In this document: in pieces, positions 1 through 8,583 of the stretch
How the letters are laid out: each line of letters begins with the position of its first letter
Numbering within the stretch: position 1 is the first letter of the stretch
Notes under the pieces: generated by a model
What the model was told of the DNA's origin: nothing
Databases searched by the model: none
Seen by the model: only the letters and a program-made list of their open reading frames with translations
IMG/VR virus record: IMGVR_UViG_3300033067_002582
Coordinates: 1 to 31,496 of that record
DNA from: a virus
Taxonomy: Duplodnaviria > Caudoviricetes
Length of the DNA: 31,496 nucleotides
Reading direction: 5' to 3' (one strand)
Position numbers and translations under genes: made by a program

Positions 1-2508
1 CGGAAGGCCCGTGCAGTTGGTCAGTGTCCCGGAACTCGGCGTGCCGAGGGCCCCGCCCGAGTACAGCACCGTCCCACCTGCCCCGAGCGTCACCGTGCTC
101 CCATCCGTCCCCGCGAAGGTGAGCGTGTTGGAGCACGTCAGCGTCTTCCCGTCCGCGATGGTGAGCGTGGCCGAGGTCGCGGGCGCGGTGATCGCCACCT
201 TGTTGATCGACGTTGCCGACGCCACACCGAGCACGGGGGTAACCAGCGTGGGGCTCGTCGCGAACACAAGCGACCCGGACCCGGTTTCATCGCTGATAGC
301 CGCCGCGAGGTTCGCACTCGTACCGGCACCCAAGAAGGTCCTCATCGCCGACCCGATGACCAACAGGGCCGCAGTCCCCGAGCCGGTGAAGTACGGGAAG
401 GAATCCGCAGCGCTCACCAACCCAGCCAAAGCCGTGAGTTCGGCGTCGGTGGCTTGATAGGCAGACGACGCGGTGAACGCGGCAGACCCGAGGGTGCCAC
501 CCGAACCGACGTTGAGAGTGCTGCCATCGACGCCGTCAAAGGTGAGTGTTTTGTTGACCGTCAGCGTCTTAAGGTTCGCAATCGTCAGCGTGCCGGTACT
601 GGTCGTGATCGTCAGACTGTTGAGTGACGTAGCAGTAGCAACGCCAAGGATCGGTGTCACCAGCGTCGGGCTCGTCGCGAACACAAGCGACCCGGACCCG
701 GTTTCGTTCGTGACTGCCGAGGCAAGGTTGGCGCTTGTAGGGTTATTGAGGAAGGTCCTCATCGCCGACCCGATGACCAACAGGGCCGCAGTCCCCGAGC
801 CGGTGAAGTACGGGAAGGAATCCGCGGCGCTCGTCAGACCGGCAACCGCAGCAAGCTCGGCGTCCACCGTGAGGGACGTACCGGACATCACCAACCCTGT
901 GCCGACCGACAACTCCTGAACGCTGCCAGCACCGGCGGCCGATCCTCTTCCGATGATGACCGACGCAGCGGACGTGTCCTGAATCTTGCTATACGACACA
1001 ACACCGGCGTCGATCGTCCACACGGTGCCGCCCGCGCTGACCGTGATGTCACCCTTGTCCCCGTCCGTCAGGCCGGACCCGCTGGACGACAGAACAGTAC
1101 CCGTCAGCGACAGACCCGACCCAAGGGTGATTTCTTGGAAGTTACCCGCCCCCGCACCGGCTCCGCGGCCGACCAACACCGATGCGGCTGTTGCGGCCAC
1201 AAACTTGCCGAAGGTCACCACGTTGGACCCGATGGTGGTCGCGAAAGACCCGGTACCCGACCCCGTCACGTCGCCAGTCAGAGTAATCGTCTGATCGCCA
1301 GTGTTGGTGCCCGTGAGCCCGAGGTCGGTCTTGAGTGTGGCGAGCGTGTTGACCTCGGGGGCACCCGTCCCAGCCGTCTTGCGGTAGATGAGGCTCGACG
1401 TCGCCATGTTGGCCATCTTGCCGAGCGTCACCGCCCCGTTGGCAATGGTGGCCGCGAAAGACCCGGTACCCGACCCCGTCACGTCACCGGTCAGGGTGAT
1501 TGTCTGGTCGCCGGTGTTGGTCCCGCTACTCGACCCGCTGAACGTACCGTTCTGCGTAGCCAGCGTACCAAGCCCCAGAGTTGCACGAACCGCCGCCGCG
1601 TCGATGTCGTCAAGGAAAGACGCAGCAAAGGCTGTGATACCGTGGACACCGCTCGTCAATGCGGCGTGCGACGACACGGCCGACGATGCGGCACCTGAGG
1701 CGTCGTAAGCGGATGACGCGGTGAACGCGGCAGACCCAAGGGTGCCACCGGCACCGACGTTGAGGGTGCTGCCGTCCGTCCCGGCGAGCGTGAGCGTGTT
1801 GGAGACGCTGAAGGTCTTGAGGTTCGATACCGTGAAAGTGCCGGTGCTAGTCGTGATCGTCAGACCGTTGACCGATGTAGGCGTAATAGCGCCAAGTGCG
1901 ATAGAAATCGCTGGGGCCGTCGTGGGGTTCGCCACCGACCCGCTCACACCGTTGACCGACACGACGGAGACAGACTGCACCGTACCCGTTTCACTGTAGT
2001 TCAGCACCCCGCCGCTCAGGGAGAATCCGGCTCCGAGGGTGATCTGCTGGGGTGCACCGGTACCACTCAGAGCGTTACGCCCCAGAAGTGATCCGGCCGA
2101 GATGTTCTGTAGCTTGGCCAGAGTGACCGCAGAATCATCGATCGTCCACACGGTGCCGCCCGCGCTGACCGTGATGTCACCCTTGTCCCCGTCTGTGATC
2201 CCACCACCGCCGCCACCCGTGGAGTACAGGGTCGTTCCGCTGATGGACAGCCCGGAACCCAGGGTCAACTCTTCCACAGCACCCGAGGAAGACGACCGAC
2301 GGCCGAGGATCTTGCCCGCCGTCACCGTCTGGATCTTGTCGTACGTCACGGACCCGGTGTTCAGCGACCACAAGCCGCCGTTGTTCGAAACCGAGACGTC
2401 ACCCTTGTTACCGTCCGTCACAAGTGTGTACGACGGCACATACAGCGTCACCGCGTCGATGTCGGCGACAATGCGAGGAGAGCCCTGTTCCTGAATAACT
2501 ACGATCAA
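1..2508 (-). CDS. Tail fibre / receptor-binding protein with repeated modules (3' end outside window)
   Basis: Not in the ORF track because no stop falls in the window. TTG at 2508 follows GAGGTG; the frame reads MIVVIQEQGSPRIVAD...DGDKGDITVSAGGTVWTID...GDVTGSGTGSFA...GTGSLVFATSPTLVTP...LGTPSSGTLTNCTGLP to base 1. Gly/Ser/Thr-rich phage fibre motifs. Six short + strand ORFs here (11, 473, 986, 1388, 1721, 2039) share one frame and are its antisense shadow. Confidence 0.85.
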   Translation of the reverse strand, partial: MIVVIQEQGSPRIVADIDAVTLYVPSYTLVTDGNKGDVSVSNNGGLWSLNTGSVTYDKIQTVTAGKILGRRSSSSGAVEELTLGSGLSISGTTLYSTGGGGGGITDGDKGDITVSAGGTVWTIDDSAVTLAKLQNISAGSLLGRNALSGTGAPQQITLGAGFSLSGGVLNYSETGTVQSVSVVSVNGVSGSVANPTTAPAISIALGAITPTSVNGLTITTSTGTFTVSNLKTFSVSNTLTLAGTDGSTLNVGAGGTLGSAAFTASSAYDASGAASSAVSSHAALTSGVHGITAFAASFLDDIDAAAVRATLGLGTLATQNGTFSGSSSGTNTGDQTITLTGDVTGSGTGSFAATIANGAVTLGKMANMATSSLIYRKTAGTGAPEVNTLATLKTDLGLTGTNTGDQTITLTGDVTGSGTGSFATTIGSNVVTFGKFVAATAASVLVGRGAGAGAGNFQEITLGSGLSLTGTVLSSSGSGLTDGDKGDITVSAGGTVWTIDAGVVSYSKIQDTSAASVIIGRGSAAGAGSVQELSVGTGLVMSGTSLTVDAELAAVAGLTSAADSFPYFTGSGTAALLVIGSAMRTFLNNPTSANLASAVTNETGSGSLVFATSPTLVTPILGVATATSLNSLTITTSTGTLTIANLKTLTVNKTLTFDGVDGSTLNVGSGGTLGSAAFTASSAYQATDAELTALAGLVSAADSFPYFTGSGTAALLVIGSAMRTFLGAGTSANLAAAISDETGSGSLVFATSPTLVTPVLGVASATSINKVAITAPATSATLTIADGKTLTCSNTLTFAGTDGSTVTLGAGGTVLYSGGALGTPSSGTLTNCTGLP
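334..825. repeat. Intragenic direct repeat: identical 75 bp at 334-408 and 751-825 (also identical 38 bp at 251-288 and 668-705), period 417 bp
   Basis: Direct comparison: gaaggtcctcatcgccgacccgatgaccaac...gggaaggaatccgc occurs twice. Confidence 0.95.
1010..2193. repeat. Intragenic direct repeats: identical 56 bp at 1010-1065 and 2138-2193; identical 33 bp at 1240-1272 and 1453-1485
   Basis: They encode the DGDKGDITVSAGGTVWTID and DVTGSGTGSFA modules of the fibre. Confidence 0.95.
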
Positions 2509-2577
2509 GCAGCACCTCACGCCAGTACCGACCCGGGCATGCCTTTCTCAAAGCATAGGCGCAGATGCAGATTGAAC

Positions 2578-2607
2578 ACGGCCCTCAGGCGTCAACCCGA
2601 GGGCCGT
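2578..2607 (-). terminator. Stem-loop downstream of the BppU-like gene (weak U-tract)
   Basis: ACGGCCCTCGGGT-TGAC-GCCTGAGGGCCGT on the minus strand, 4 nt after the stop at 2612. Confidence 0.55.
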
Positions 2608-2611
2608 CCCA

Positions 2612-2947
2612 CTACACGGACAGCGACACCGGTCCCTGAATATACCGGGTCACGATCCCGGACTCGGTCACGTTGACGTAGTAGAACGCCTTAGGCAACC
2701 GGTCAGGAAGGTTCTGCGTCTGGGTGTCGGTCAGCGTGAACACGATCTTTCCCTGGTTGGCGGTCGTAGTGACCCCGTTACCCTCTGTCAAGGTCGCGTA
2801 GGTTGTACCGCCGTCCTGGGACACAAACTTCACTACGACCGTGGCACCGGTCAGGTCCTTGACCGTACCGTCGTCGTTCTTCAAATAGAGCGTCTTCGAG
2901 AATGTGACGCCACGGTAAAGATGGATTCCGTACTCAGCGGGTGTCAT
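2612..2947 (-). CDS. BppU-like baseplate/tail accessory protein
   Basis: Pattern YRGVTFSKTLYLKNDDGTVKDLTGATV...GKIVFTLTDTQT...YYVNV...RYIQGPV resembles BppU N-terminal Ig-like phage proteins; GGAG SD; adjacent to the fibre gene. Confidence 0.65.
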   Translation of the reverse strand: MTPAEYGIHLYRGVTFSKTLYLKNDDGTVKDLTGATVVVKFVSQDGGTTYATLTEGNGVTTTANQGKIVFTLTDTQTQNLPDRLPKAFYYVNVTESGIVTRYIQGPVSLSV

Positions 2948-2957
2948 GGGTGCTCCG

Positions 2958-2974
2958 GTCCCCGAGTCGGGGAA
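2958..2974. promoter_or_regulatory. 17-bp palindromic site, copy 1 (GTCCCCGAGTCGGGGAA)
   Basis: Directly after the TGA at 2975-2977 and before the SD of the next gene. Confidence 0.8.
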
Positions 2975-3940
2975 TCACTCTTCGTCGTCATCCTCGTCGT
3001 CAACCTCTTCAACGTCTTCATCAGCATCGGCGTCCGGCTCATCCACCGCGAGGGCGAGCTTCGGGTCCACCGTGATATTGAAGTGCTTCTCGACCACCGC
3101 CAGCATCTTGCCAAACAGGTCCCCCGGCTGGTCCTTGTTGTAGGGGATCTTCTTGGCGATCTCCTCCAGACGCATGATGAACTGGATGTCCTGCTTCGTC
3201 GTCGTGTCGGCCAGACCGAGGAACGTCACGGGGTTCTCCTCGTCGTCGAGGTCGCCCTCCGTCTCATCGTCACCACCACCAGCACTCCCGGTTTCGTCCT
3301 CGGCAATGTCGGTCAGTGCGTCCCAGTCCTTCGACCCAACCGACACCATCGCCTCGATGGTGGCCTCATCCCAGGGGAGAGTCGCGACAAGGTCATCCCC
3401 GCCAATCTGGCTGATCTCGGCCACCAGCTTGTCAAGCTGGGTCTGGTCGGGCTTGCCGCCGATTTCATTGAGATTAATCGTCAGGGCCTTGGCCCGCACG
3501 TCAGAAACGTTGCCGATGTCGAGGACCCGGATGTCCTTCATGTTGTTTTCGGTGCACGCCACCCACCGGTGGTAACCGTTGATGATCTCAAGGCGTCCGT
3601 CCTCGAACTTCCCCTTCTCGTCACCGCTGCGCACCACCACGGGCTCAAGGAACCCGAACTCCTTGATGTTCTCGCGGAGCTTTTCGGCCATATAGGCGGA
3701 CATCTGGTTGTAGTTGTAGTTGTTCGGCTTCACGCTGTCGATGGGGACTTCCTTGACTTCGCCGGTGATCCCGCTCTTGGCCTTCTTGGCCTTCTTGTCA
3801 GGCTTCGACTCGGCCTTGACCACCGCGGTCGCCACGGCAGTCGTACGGCTGCGGCGCTGAGCCCTCTTAGCCTCCTCGCTGCCCGGCTTCTCAAAGTCAC
3901 TCAAACCCTTGCCCTTGTTACGCCTTGCTCCGTACGCCAT
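2975..3940 (-). CDS. ParB/Srx N-terminal-domain protein associated with dpdA, basic N-terminus and acidic C-terminus
   Basis: VPIDSVKPNNYNYNQMS...IKEFGFLEPVVVR...IINGYHRW is a ParB-like fold motif set; a ParB-like gene next to dpdA/que genes is a known arrangement in 7-deazaguanine phages. Confidence 0.8.
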   Translation of the reverse strand: MAYGARRNKGKGLSDFEKPGSEEAKRAQRRSRTTAVATAVVKAESKPDKKAKKAKSGITGEVKEVPIDSVKPNNYNYNQMSAYMAEKLRENIKEFGFLEPVVVRSGDEKGKFEDGRLEIINGYHRWVACTENNMKDIRVLDIGNVSDVRAKALTINLNEIGGKPDQTQLDKLVAEISQIGGDDLVATLPWDEATIEAMVSVGSKDWDALTDIAEDETGSAGGGDDETEGDLDDEENPVTFLGLADTTTKQDIQFIMRLEEIAKKIPYNKDQPGDLFGKMLAVVEKHFNITVDPKLALAVDEPDADADEDVEEVDDEDDDEE

Positions 3941-4907
3941 TCTTCCGCTCCATTCCCCGAGTCGGGGATTTCTGCCACGGCCCTACGACAACGCCGTTCT
4001 CGGGATGATCGTAGTGCTTCCGCTGGGCCGCGTAATACCGCTGAGTCGAGACGAGGGCACACGCCATCGCTCGCACGTACCCTTCGTCAATCTTACGGTG
4101 CTTGTGCCGGTTGAGGGCCGACGCGATGACCCGGGACTTGCACAGGTCCATCGAGGCGTCAACCTCCTCGATGACACTCGGGATTGCTTCGAGCTTCTTC
4201 CGACGCCACCAGTACACCGCATACGGGTTGTCCGGCATCGACCGACCGAACCGGGACACCATGCTCCATGTGGACGAATCGATGGAATAGTTGTCCGGCA
4301 GGTACGCCAGATTGAAGTTCCCTGTCCCAAGGATGTGGAGGTGCTGGTCCGCCTTGATGTCGATCAGTTGAAGGGTGTTCCGGATAGGATCCGGGATGTC
4401 CAGAGTCGTCCGCAAGCTCGGCTCCGAAATGGCGATCCTCTTGACGCTGCCGATAAGGGACTTCAGCGCGCTGATCCCGTCCACGTAGTGCCACACGTAG
4501 ATGACGCGGTCGCCGAACGCGGACTTCAGCACGCCGCGCCCGTACTCGATGTCCTTCTCCCACTCACGGGTCAGGAGGTTGCAATCGCACTCCACGACGT
4601 ACCCGTTGAAGTTCGACTTGGCGAGCACCTCCGCGTATCGGTCGATGTACCGGCGCATGTAGTCGCTGGACTTGTAGGCGTAGTATGCGGGGTCCCGACC
4701 GGTCCACACCTCCCCTTGGATTGAGAACATACCGCTATCGACGATGACCGGACGGTCGGCCAGCGTGTCCGCGATGTGCTTGAAGCACCCCGGCGGCCTC
4801 TTGCCGATGACGTACGGGTAGGCCGTGACGAGCGCTGTCTTTGCGAACGTCTGGACGATCGCGTGCGTCAACTGGCACGCAACGAAACCCGCAGGGAAGT
4901 AGATCAA
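3918..4907 (-). CDS. dpdA: DpdA-like DNA 7-deazaguanine transglycosylase (TGT fold)
   Basis: Motifs VIVDSGMFS, YVWH, HLHILG and SIDSSTW; TTG start overlaps the queC stop; clustered with queC/folE/queE. Confidence 0.8.
   Translation of the reverse strand: MIYFPAGFVACQLTHAIVQTFAKTALVTAYPYVIGKRPPGCFKHIADTLADRPVIVDSGMFSIQGEVWTGRDPAYYAYKSSDYMRRYIDRYAEVLAKSNFNGYVVECDCNLLTREWEKDIEYGRGVLKSAFGDRVIYVWHYVDGISALKSLIGSVKRIAISEPSLRTTLDIPDPIRNTLQLIDIKADQHLHILGTGNFNLAYLPDNYSIDSSTWSMVSRFGRSMPDNPYAVYWWRRKKLEAIPSVIEEVDASMDLCKSRVIASALNRHKHRKIDEGYVRAMACALVSTQRYYAAQRKHYDHPENGVVVGPWQKSPTRGMERKNGVRSKA
3953..3969. promoter_or_regulatory. 17-bp palindromic site, copy 2 (TTCCCCGAGTCGGGGAT)
   Basis: In the 3' end of dpdA, immediately before the TGGAG SD of the ParB-like gene. 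Confidence 0.8.
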
Positions 4908-5608
4908 GGCGCTGTCTCCTTCACGGCCTCAAAGGCGTCAACACTCTCCGCCCCGCGGTCTTTCTTCAAGTGGTCCTTCGAGTACGTCAGCGGGTCCTGT
5001 TCGAAGTCGCACCAGTCCAACACCCCACACCTCTGGAACGCCACCCACTTCCGGAAGCACGATCGGCACTTCCCGCACTCCCGCGTCCCAGTCTCGTAGC
5101 ACGACCGGCTCACTCGCATTGCCGACTCACGCCCGTCCGTATCGATGTAGGCCCGAAGGATCTGAGCCTTGGTCATTGTACGGAACGGTACCTCCACCAC
5201 CGGGGGAGCATTCCCGCTCCCGATCCAACGGTAGGGCGACTTCTCATTGTCCTGAGACATCCACCGGATAAGGCCGGTCATCTGTGCCGCCCACGTTTCG
5301 TCCTTGTCGTGGGTGGTGTCCCCGGCCGTAGACCCGAGCAATACCTTTGGGGCGTACTGGGAGGCCACGAGCGCGAGGATCGCATTCCGGAACGGGAGGA
5401 TCTTGTTGGGGAGTTCGTACCGGGACAGGGGCACGTTCACAAACTCAATCCACCGCCCGAGAGCATCACCGATACGTTTGATGACCCGACCCTCGGCCTG
5501 TTGGGACGGGGTACCGATGTTGACGTGCAACAGTGTGGCTTCCGGGTAGGCGTGGGCCAGGGCCACGCTGTCCATACCCCCGCTGAAGAGAAGGACTTCG
5601 GCAGCCAT
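4904..5608 (-). CDS. queC: 7-cyano-7-deazaguanine synthase QueC-like (paralogue 2)
   Basis: PP-loop LLFSGGMDS, PFRN, PF..MTK, Zn motif SC(x)7CGKCRSC; ATG at 5608 overlaps the upstream TGA (TGATG). Confidence 0.88.
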   Translation of the reverse strand: MAAEVLLFSGGMDSVALAHAYPEATLLHVNIGTPSQQAEGRVIKRIGDALGRWIEFVNVPLSRYELPNKILPFRNAILALVASQYAPKVLLGSTAGDTTHDKDETWAAQMTGLIRWMSQDNEKSPYRWIGSGNAPPVVEVPFRTMTKAQILRAYIDTDGRESAMRVSRSCYETGTRECGKCRSCFRKWVAFQRCGVLDWCDFEQDPLTYSKDHLKKDRGAESVDAFEAVKETAP

Positions 5609-6321
5609 CACAGACCCCGCCACTGTTTGATACCGAGCCCGCGAGCTTGGACACAGGCCCCGCACTTCCCACACGGGGGGTAATAGTCACACGACGTGGT
5701 GTATTGGAGAGGCACGCCCCTCGCGCGAGCCTCCTGCAACACGGCCGACTTCCCGGACCCCTCTTCGATAAAGGGTGACACAAGGCGGACCTGCGGGTCG
5801 AGGCTGTACTCCCACACGTCCATGAGCGCGTTGAGGAACTCCACCGACGTATCAGGGATGCCCTCGTTCGCCCGACCCTTCTCATCCGGGTCGTTGCGGA
5901 CATGCCCGGTGTACAGGTCCGCTTTGAGACGGCCCGCGTACGCCGCACACACCGACAGGATCATGAGGTTGCGACACTGGATCCACCCGAGGCTCTTCTT
6001 CTCCGCGGCGTTGTGGATGCTCTGGCTACCCCTCTTTGTCGGCCGGTAGTTCTTCTTGAAGAGTGGGGAGCCGTCGATCATCGATGCGGCGAACTGAAAC
6101 GGCTCCACATGGAGCGGGTGGACATTCTTGTAGCCCCTACCCCAGCAATCTTGAATCAGGCGTGTCACCAGTTTGACCACGAGTTTGGCCTGCGCCTGCC
6201 CGTAGTCCACGAAGACGGGGTACACCTCGCGGCCACCAGACGCAAGGCGGTACAACAGGGTGGAACTGTCCATACCCCCGGTGGTCGTAAGAACGATTGG
6301 TGACGCCTTTGACTTCTTCAC
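5608..6321 (-). CDS. queC: 7-cyano-7-deazaguanine synthase QueC-like (paralogue 1)
   Basis: TTGGMDSSTL PP-loop, VDYGQ, CRNLMILS, PDT..EF, SPF, TTSC..YPPCGKCGAC. Confidence 0.85.
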   Translation of the reverse strand: MKKSKASPIVLTTTGGMDSSTLLYRLASGGREVYPVFVDYGQAQAKLVVKLVTRLIQDCWGRGYKNVHPLHVEPFQFAASMIDGSPLFKKNYRPTKRGSQSIHNAAEKKSLGWIQCRNLMILSVCAAYAGRLKADLYTGHVRNDPDEKGRANEGIPDTSVEFLNALMDVWEYSLDPQVRLVSPFIEEGSGKSAVLQEARARGVPLQYTTSCDYYPPCGKCGACVQARGLGIKQWRGL

Positions 6322-6899
6322 TTGACCCCCGGGATGCAGGCCAGACGCAGGAACTCGTCCCGCAATCCGGAGAACTTCTTCTCGCCACGGACAGCCGACG
6401 TCACGAAATCAGTATCGTGCTCGCACACCCCACGAACCTTGGCGCACGTGTGCTCACCGACCGCCACCACCATGACAAACTGAGGGGACAAATGCTCACA
6501 CAACTGATCGGCTACGAGGTTGACAAAGTCCTCCTGGGTCTGAGGGCGTGCGGCACACCACCGCGTCAACCGCACGGCCTTGCTGTAGCCGGGCAGTTTC
6601 TTGTGCGGGAGGATGCCGATCCAGACCTTCCCGTAGAAAGGGAGAATGTGGTGAGAACACGTCGAGGCGAACTTGATGTTCCGCCAGATGATGAGTTGGT
6701 CGCCCCTGTTCTCAAACGTCGTGAAGTTGAAGGACTCCCGCACGTCCTCATGCAGACCCCGCAAAGACTCAATCAGACCGTCCACGTATCGTGACGGCGT
6801 TCCCTCTAGTTCTTTGGACGAAACATCCGACCCCACGAGACGCAGGACTTTACGGTACGCGGCGATAGCCTGCTGCCGCTTACGCGGTGTGATGCTCAC
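6318..6899 (-). CDS. folE: GTP cyclohydrolase I
   Basis: TPSR, STCSHHILPFYG, GYSK, RPQTQE, HTCAKVRGV, TSAVRG; GTG at 6899 follows GGAGG. Confidence 0.93.
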   Translation of the reverse strand: MSITPRKRQQAIAAYRKVLRLVGSDVSSKELEGTPSRYVDGLIESLRGLHEDVRESFNFTTFENRGDQLIIWRNIKFASTCSHHILPFYGKVWIGILPHKKLPGYSKAVRLTRWCAARPQTQEDFVNLVADQLCEHLSPQFVMVVAVGEHTCAKVRGVCEHDTDFVTSAVRGEKKFSGLRDEFLRLACIPGVK

Positions 6900-6916
6900 G
6901 GAACCTCCAATGAATA

Positions 6917-6945
6917 AGCCGCGTGGTCGCACGGGCCACGCGGCT
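6917..6945 (-). terminator. Stem-loop after the H1-like gene
   Basis: AGCCGCGTGG...CCACGCGGCT 10-bp stem followed by TATTCATT on the minus strand. Confidence 0.6.
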
Positions 6946-6972
6946 CAAGAACGTCAGACGCGCCGATACCGG

Positions 6973-7167
6973 TTACCGGCGGGTCTTCTTCGCAGTCTTC
7001 TTGGTCGTCTTCTTCGCGACCTTCTTGGCCTTCTTCTTCTTGGCGTTCCCGCCGCGGGCCTTCTTCGCAGCGAGCAGACGCTTGCTGATCTTGGCGCTCG
7101 CGGCCTTCTTGGCCTTCGCCCCCTTGGCTTTGCGGACAGACGGGTGACTGGAATGCTTCAGAGCCAT
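6973..7167 (-). CDS. Histone H1-like Lys/Ala-rich basic protein (64 aa)
   Basis: MALKHSSHPSVRKAKGAKAKKAASAK...KKVAKKTTKKTAKKTRR, no acidic residues; SD GGAG. Confidence 0.8.
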   Translation of the reverse strand: MALKHSSHPSVRKAKGAKAKKAASAKISKRLLAAKKARGGNAKKKKAKKVAKKTTKKTAKKTRR

Positions 7168-7351
7168 GTTCGATCTCCATTCCCGGAAACGTTTGTGTGG
7201 CGGCGTATCCGGGGTACGGAGCGCCACTACACAATAGAAGGCGCGTCGGGAGAAGATTTCTCACCGAACCCGCGACGAGGGGCACCGCAGTTGTCCCGGA
7301 CTTGCGCGTCACGCCCAAATAATAGCCATGATCCGACGCACACAGGGCCCT

Positions 7352-7388
7352 AAACGAAAAACAGTCGTGCAGAAACCTGCACGACTGC
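7352..7388 (-). terminator. Intrinsic terminator
   Basis: GCAGTCGTGCAG-GTTT-CTGCACGACTGT followed by TTTTCGTTT on the minus strand, just after the stop at 7404. Confidence 0.85.
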
Positions 7389-7403
7389 ACCATCTTTCAG
7401 ATT

Positions 7404-7901
7404 TTACGCCGAAACCTTCGGTGACAGCACGGACCTCGGTACTTTCGGGGTGTACCACCGCACCACGTGCCTACCCGCCTTCCAAACCACGGATAGGCCC
7501 GTCTCTCGCCTGAGCCTCTTGACGATGAGGTTCTTGACTGTGGGTGTCAGGCCGTCGAACTCCGGGGCCACGTCCGTCAGGCGCACGTGTGTAGCCGTCC
7601 GCATGGCGTCCATCACCTTGCGGACAATGTCCTCGCTGGACTCACTCAACTCACGGGTCACCTGCTGCTGGTTGTTGACCGCGTTGAGCAACCCATCAAA
7701 GACTTCGGCGATATCGTTCTGCTTTAAGCAGTCCTCCGCGAGTTGCCCTGCAAGGTGCATTCGGGCGACCTTGACCGCAACCTCCGGTGTCATCCTGCCG
7801 AGGCTACCGCGGATGTCCTCAGGATCAAACACGTCTTCGTAGGCGTCCACGGCCTTTACCGGACAGCCCAGAACTTGTGGAGTTGCATTGATAGACGCCA
7901 T
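7404..7901 (-). CDS. Hypothetical protein, possibly DNA-binding (coiled middle, basic C-terminus)
   Basis: ATG at 7901 after AGGAGG; followed by a terminator; 165 aa. Confidence 0.7.
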   Translation of the reverse strand: MASINATPQVLGCPVKAVDAYEDVFDPEDIRGSLGRMTPEVAVKVARMHLAGQLAEDCLKQNDIAEVFDGLLNAVNNQQQVTRELSESSEDIVRKVMDAMRTATHVRLTDVAPEFDGLTPTVKNLIVKRLRRETGLSVVWKAGRHVVRWYTPKVPRSVLSPKVSA

Positions 7902-8563
7902 CGAGGATCCTCCTTGCACAACTCCATACAGCGTACCAGAGCCGCACGGTCCATGACCGGTCCGGATCCGACCGTGCACGGAAGGAAAGCCGGGGAGAGA
8001 ACGTAGTGCAACGCCTGCAACGACGGACGCGGCAGCGATTGGTCCGCGTTCCGCACGTATTTGACTTCGTGGGCGAACCTCTGACGGATTGTGTGCTCTG
8101 CCGACTTCGGGGACACCGTGATCCAATCCACCAGATAGTGTGACAGGGCCTCCGCGACAGAGGCGTGTTCAACGGGCTCCCCGTCCTTGGGGAGTTCGAT
8201 GGTACCGTTGGTTTCAACCGCCATGTAGAACCCGAGGTTCCTGAAGTAGAGGCAGAAGTCACGATCCAACTGGAGGGCAGGCTCGCCCCCAGTCAGGACA
8301 AGGTTGTGGCATGACCGCTTGTTCCGCAGGGATTCAATCGGGGCATCCACATTGAACCCCTGGGCCTTGTAGACCGCCCGCTCAATCGCTTCGAGCGACA
8401 TCGGCTGACCAGACTCGAACTCCGCGTCACAGTCGAACCCCGCCTCACCGTCGCGGGAGCACTTCAGGTTGCACTTGGAGAACCGGATGAACGTGCTAAC
8501 CACCCCGGCACGCACACCTTCGCCCTGAAACGTGTGAAAGACCTCGGTAATCCTGTAGCTCAT
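7856..8563 (-). CDS. queE: 7-carboxy-7-deazaguanine synthase (radical SAM)
   Basis: EVFHTFQGEG, FIRFSKCNLKC, LTGGEP, VETNGT, WITVSPK, WRLSMQLHK. Confidence 0.93.
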   Translation of the reverse strand: MSYRITEVFHTFQGEGVRAGVVSTFIRFSKCNLKCSRDGEAGFDCDAEFESGQPMSLEAIERAVYKAQGFNVDAPIESLRNKRSCHNLVLTGGEPALQLDRDFCLYFRNLGFYMAVETNGTIELPKDGEPVEHASVAEALSHYLVDWITVSPKSAEHTIRQRFAHEVKYVRNADQSLPRPSLQALHYVLSPAFLPCTVGSGPVMDRAALVRCMELCKEDPRWRLSMQLHKFWAVR

Positions 8564-8566
8564 GGG

Positions 8567-8583
8567 TTCCCCGAATCGGTGAA
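8567..8583. promoter_or_regulatory. 17-bp palindromic site, copy 3 (TTCCCCGAATCGGTGAA)
   Basis: Fills the gap between the TGA at 8584-8586 and the queE ATG at 8563. Confidence 0.8.

Noticed and set aside
374-807. Degenerate palindrome matches GTCCCCGAGCCGGTGAA at 374-390 and 791-807
   Set aside because: Core CGA-N-TCG is broken, they are mid-gene, and they encode the fibre motif FTGSGT; not counted, though weak binding is possible.
251-825. Possible diversity-generating retroelement TR/VR pair
   Set aside because: Both copies are coding, core copies are identical, flanking differences are not adenine-specific, and no reverse transcriptase is in the window.
6896-7393. 165-aa minus-strand ORF overlapping the H1-like gene
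   Set aside because: Starts at a terminator, lacks an SD and is an alternative frame of the better-supported Lys-rich gene.
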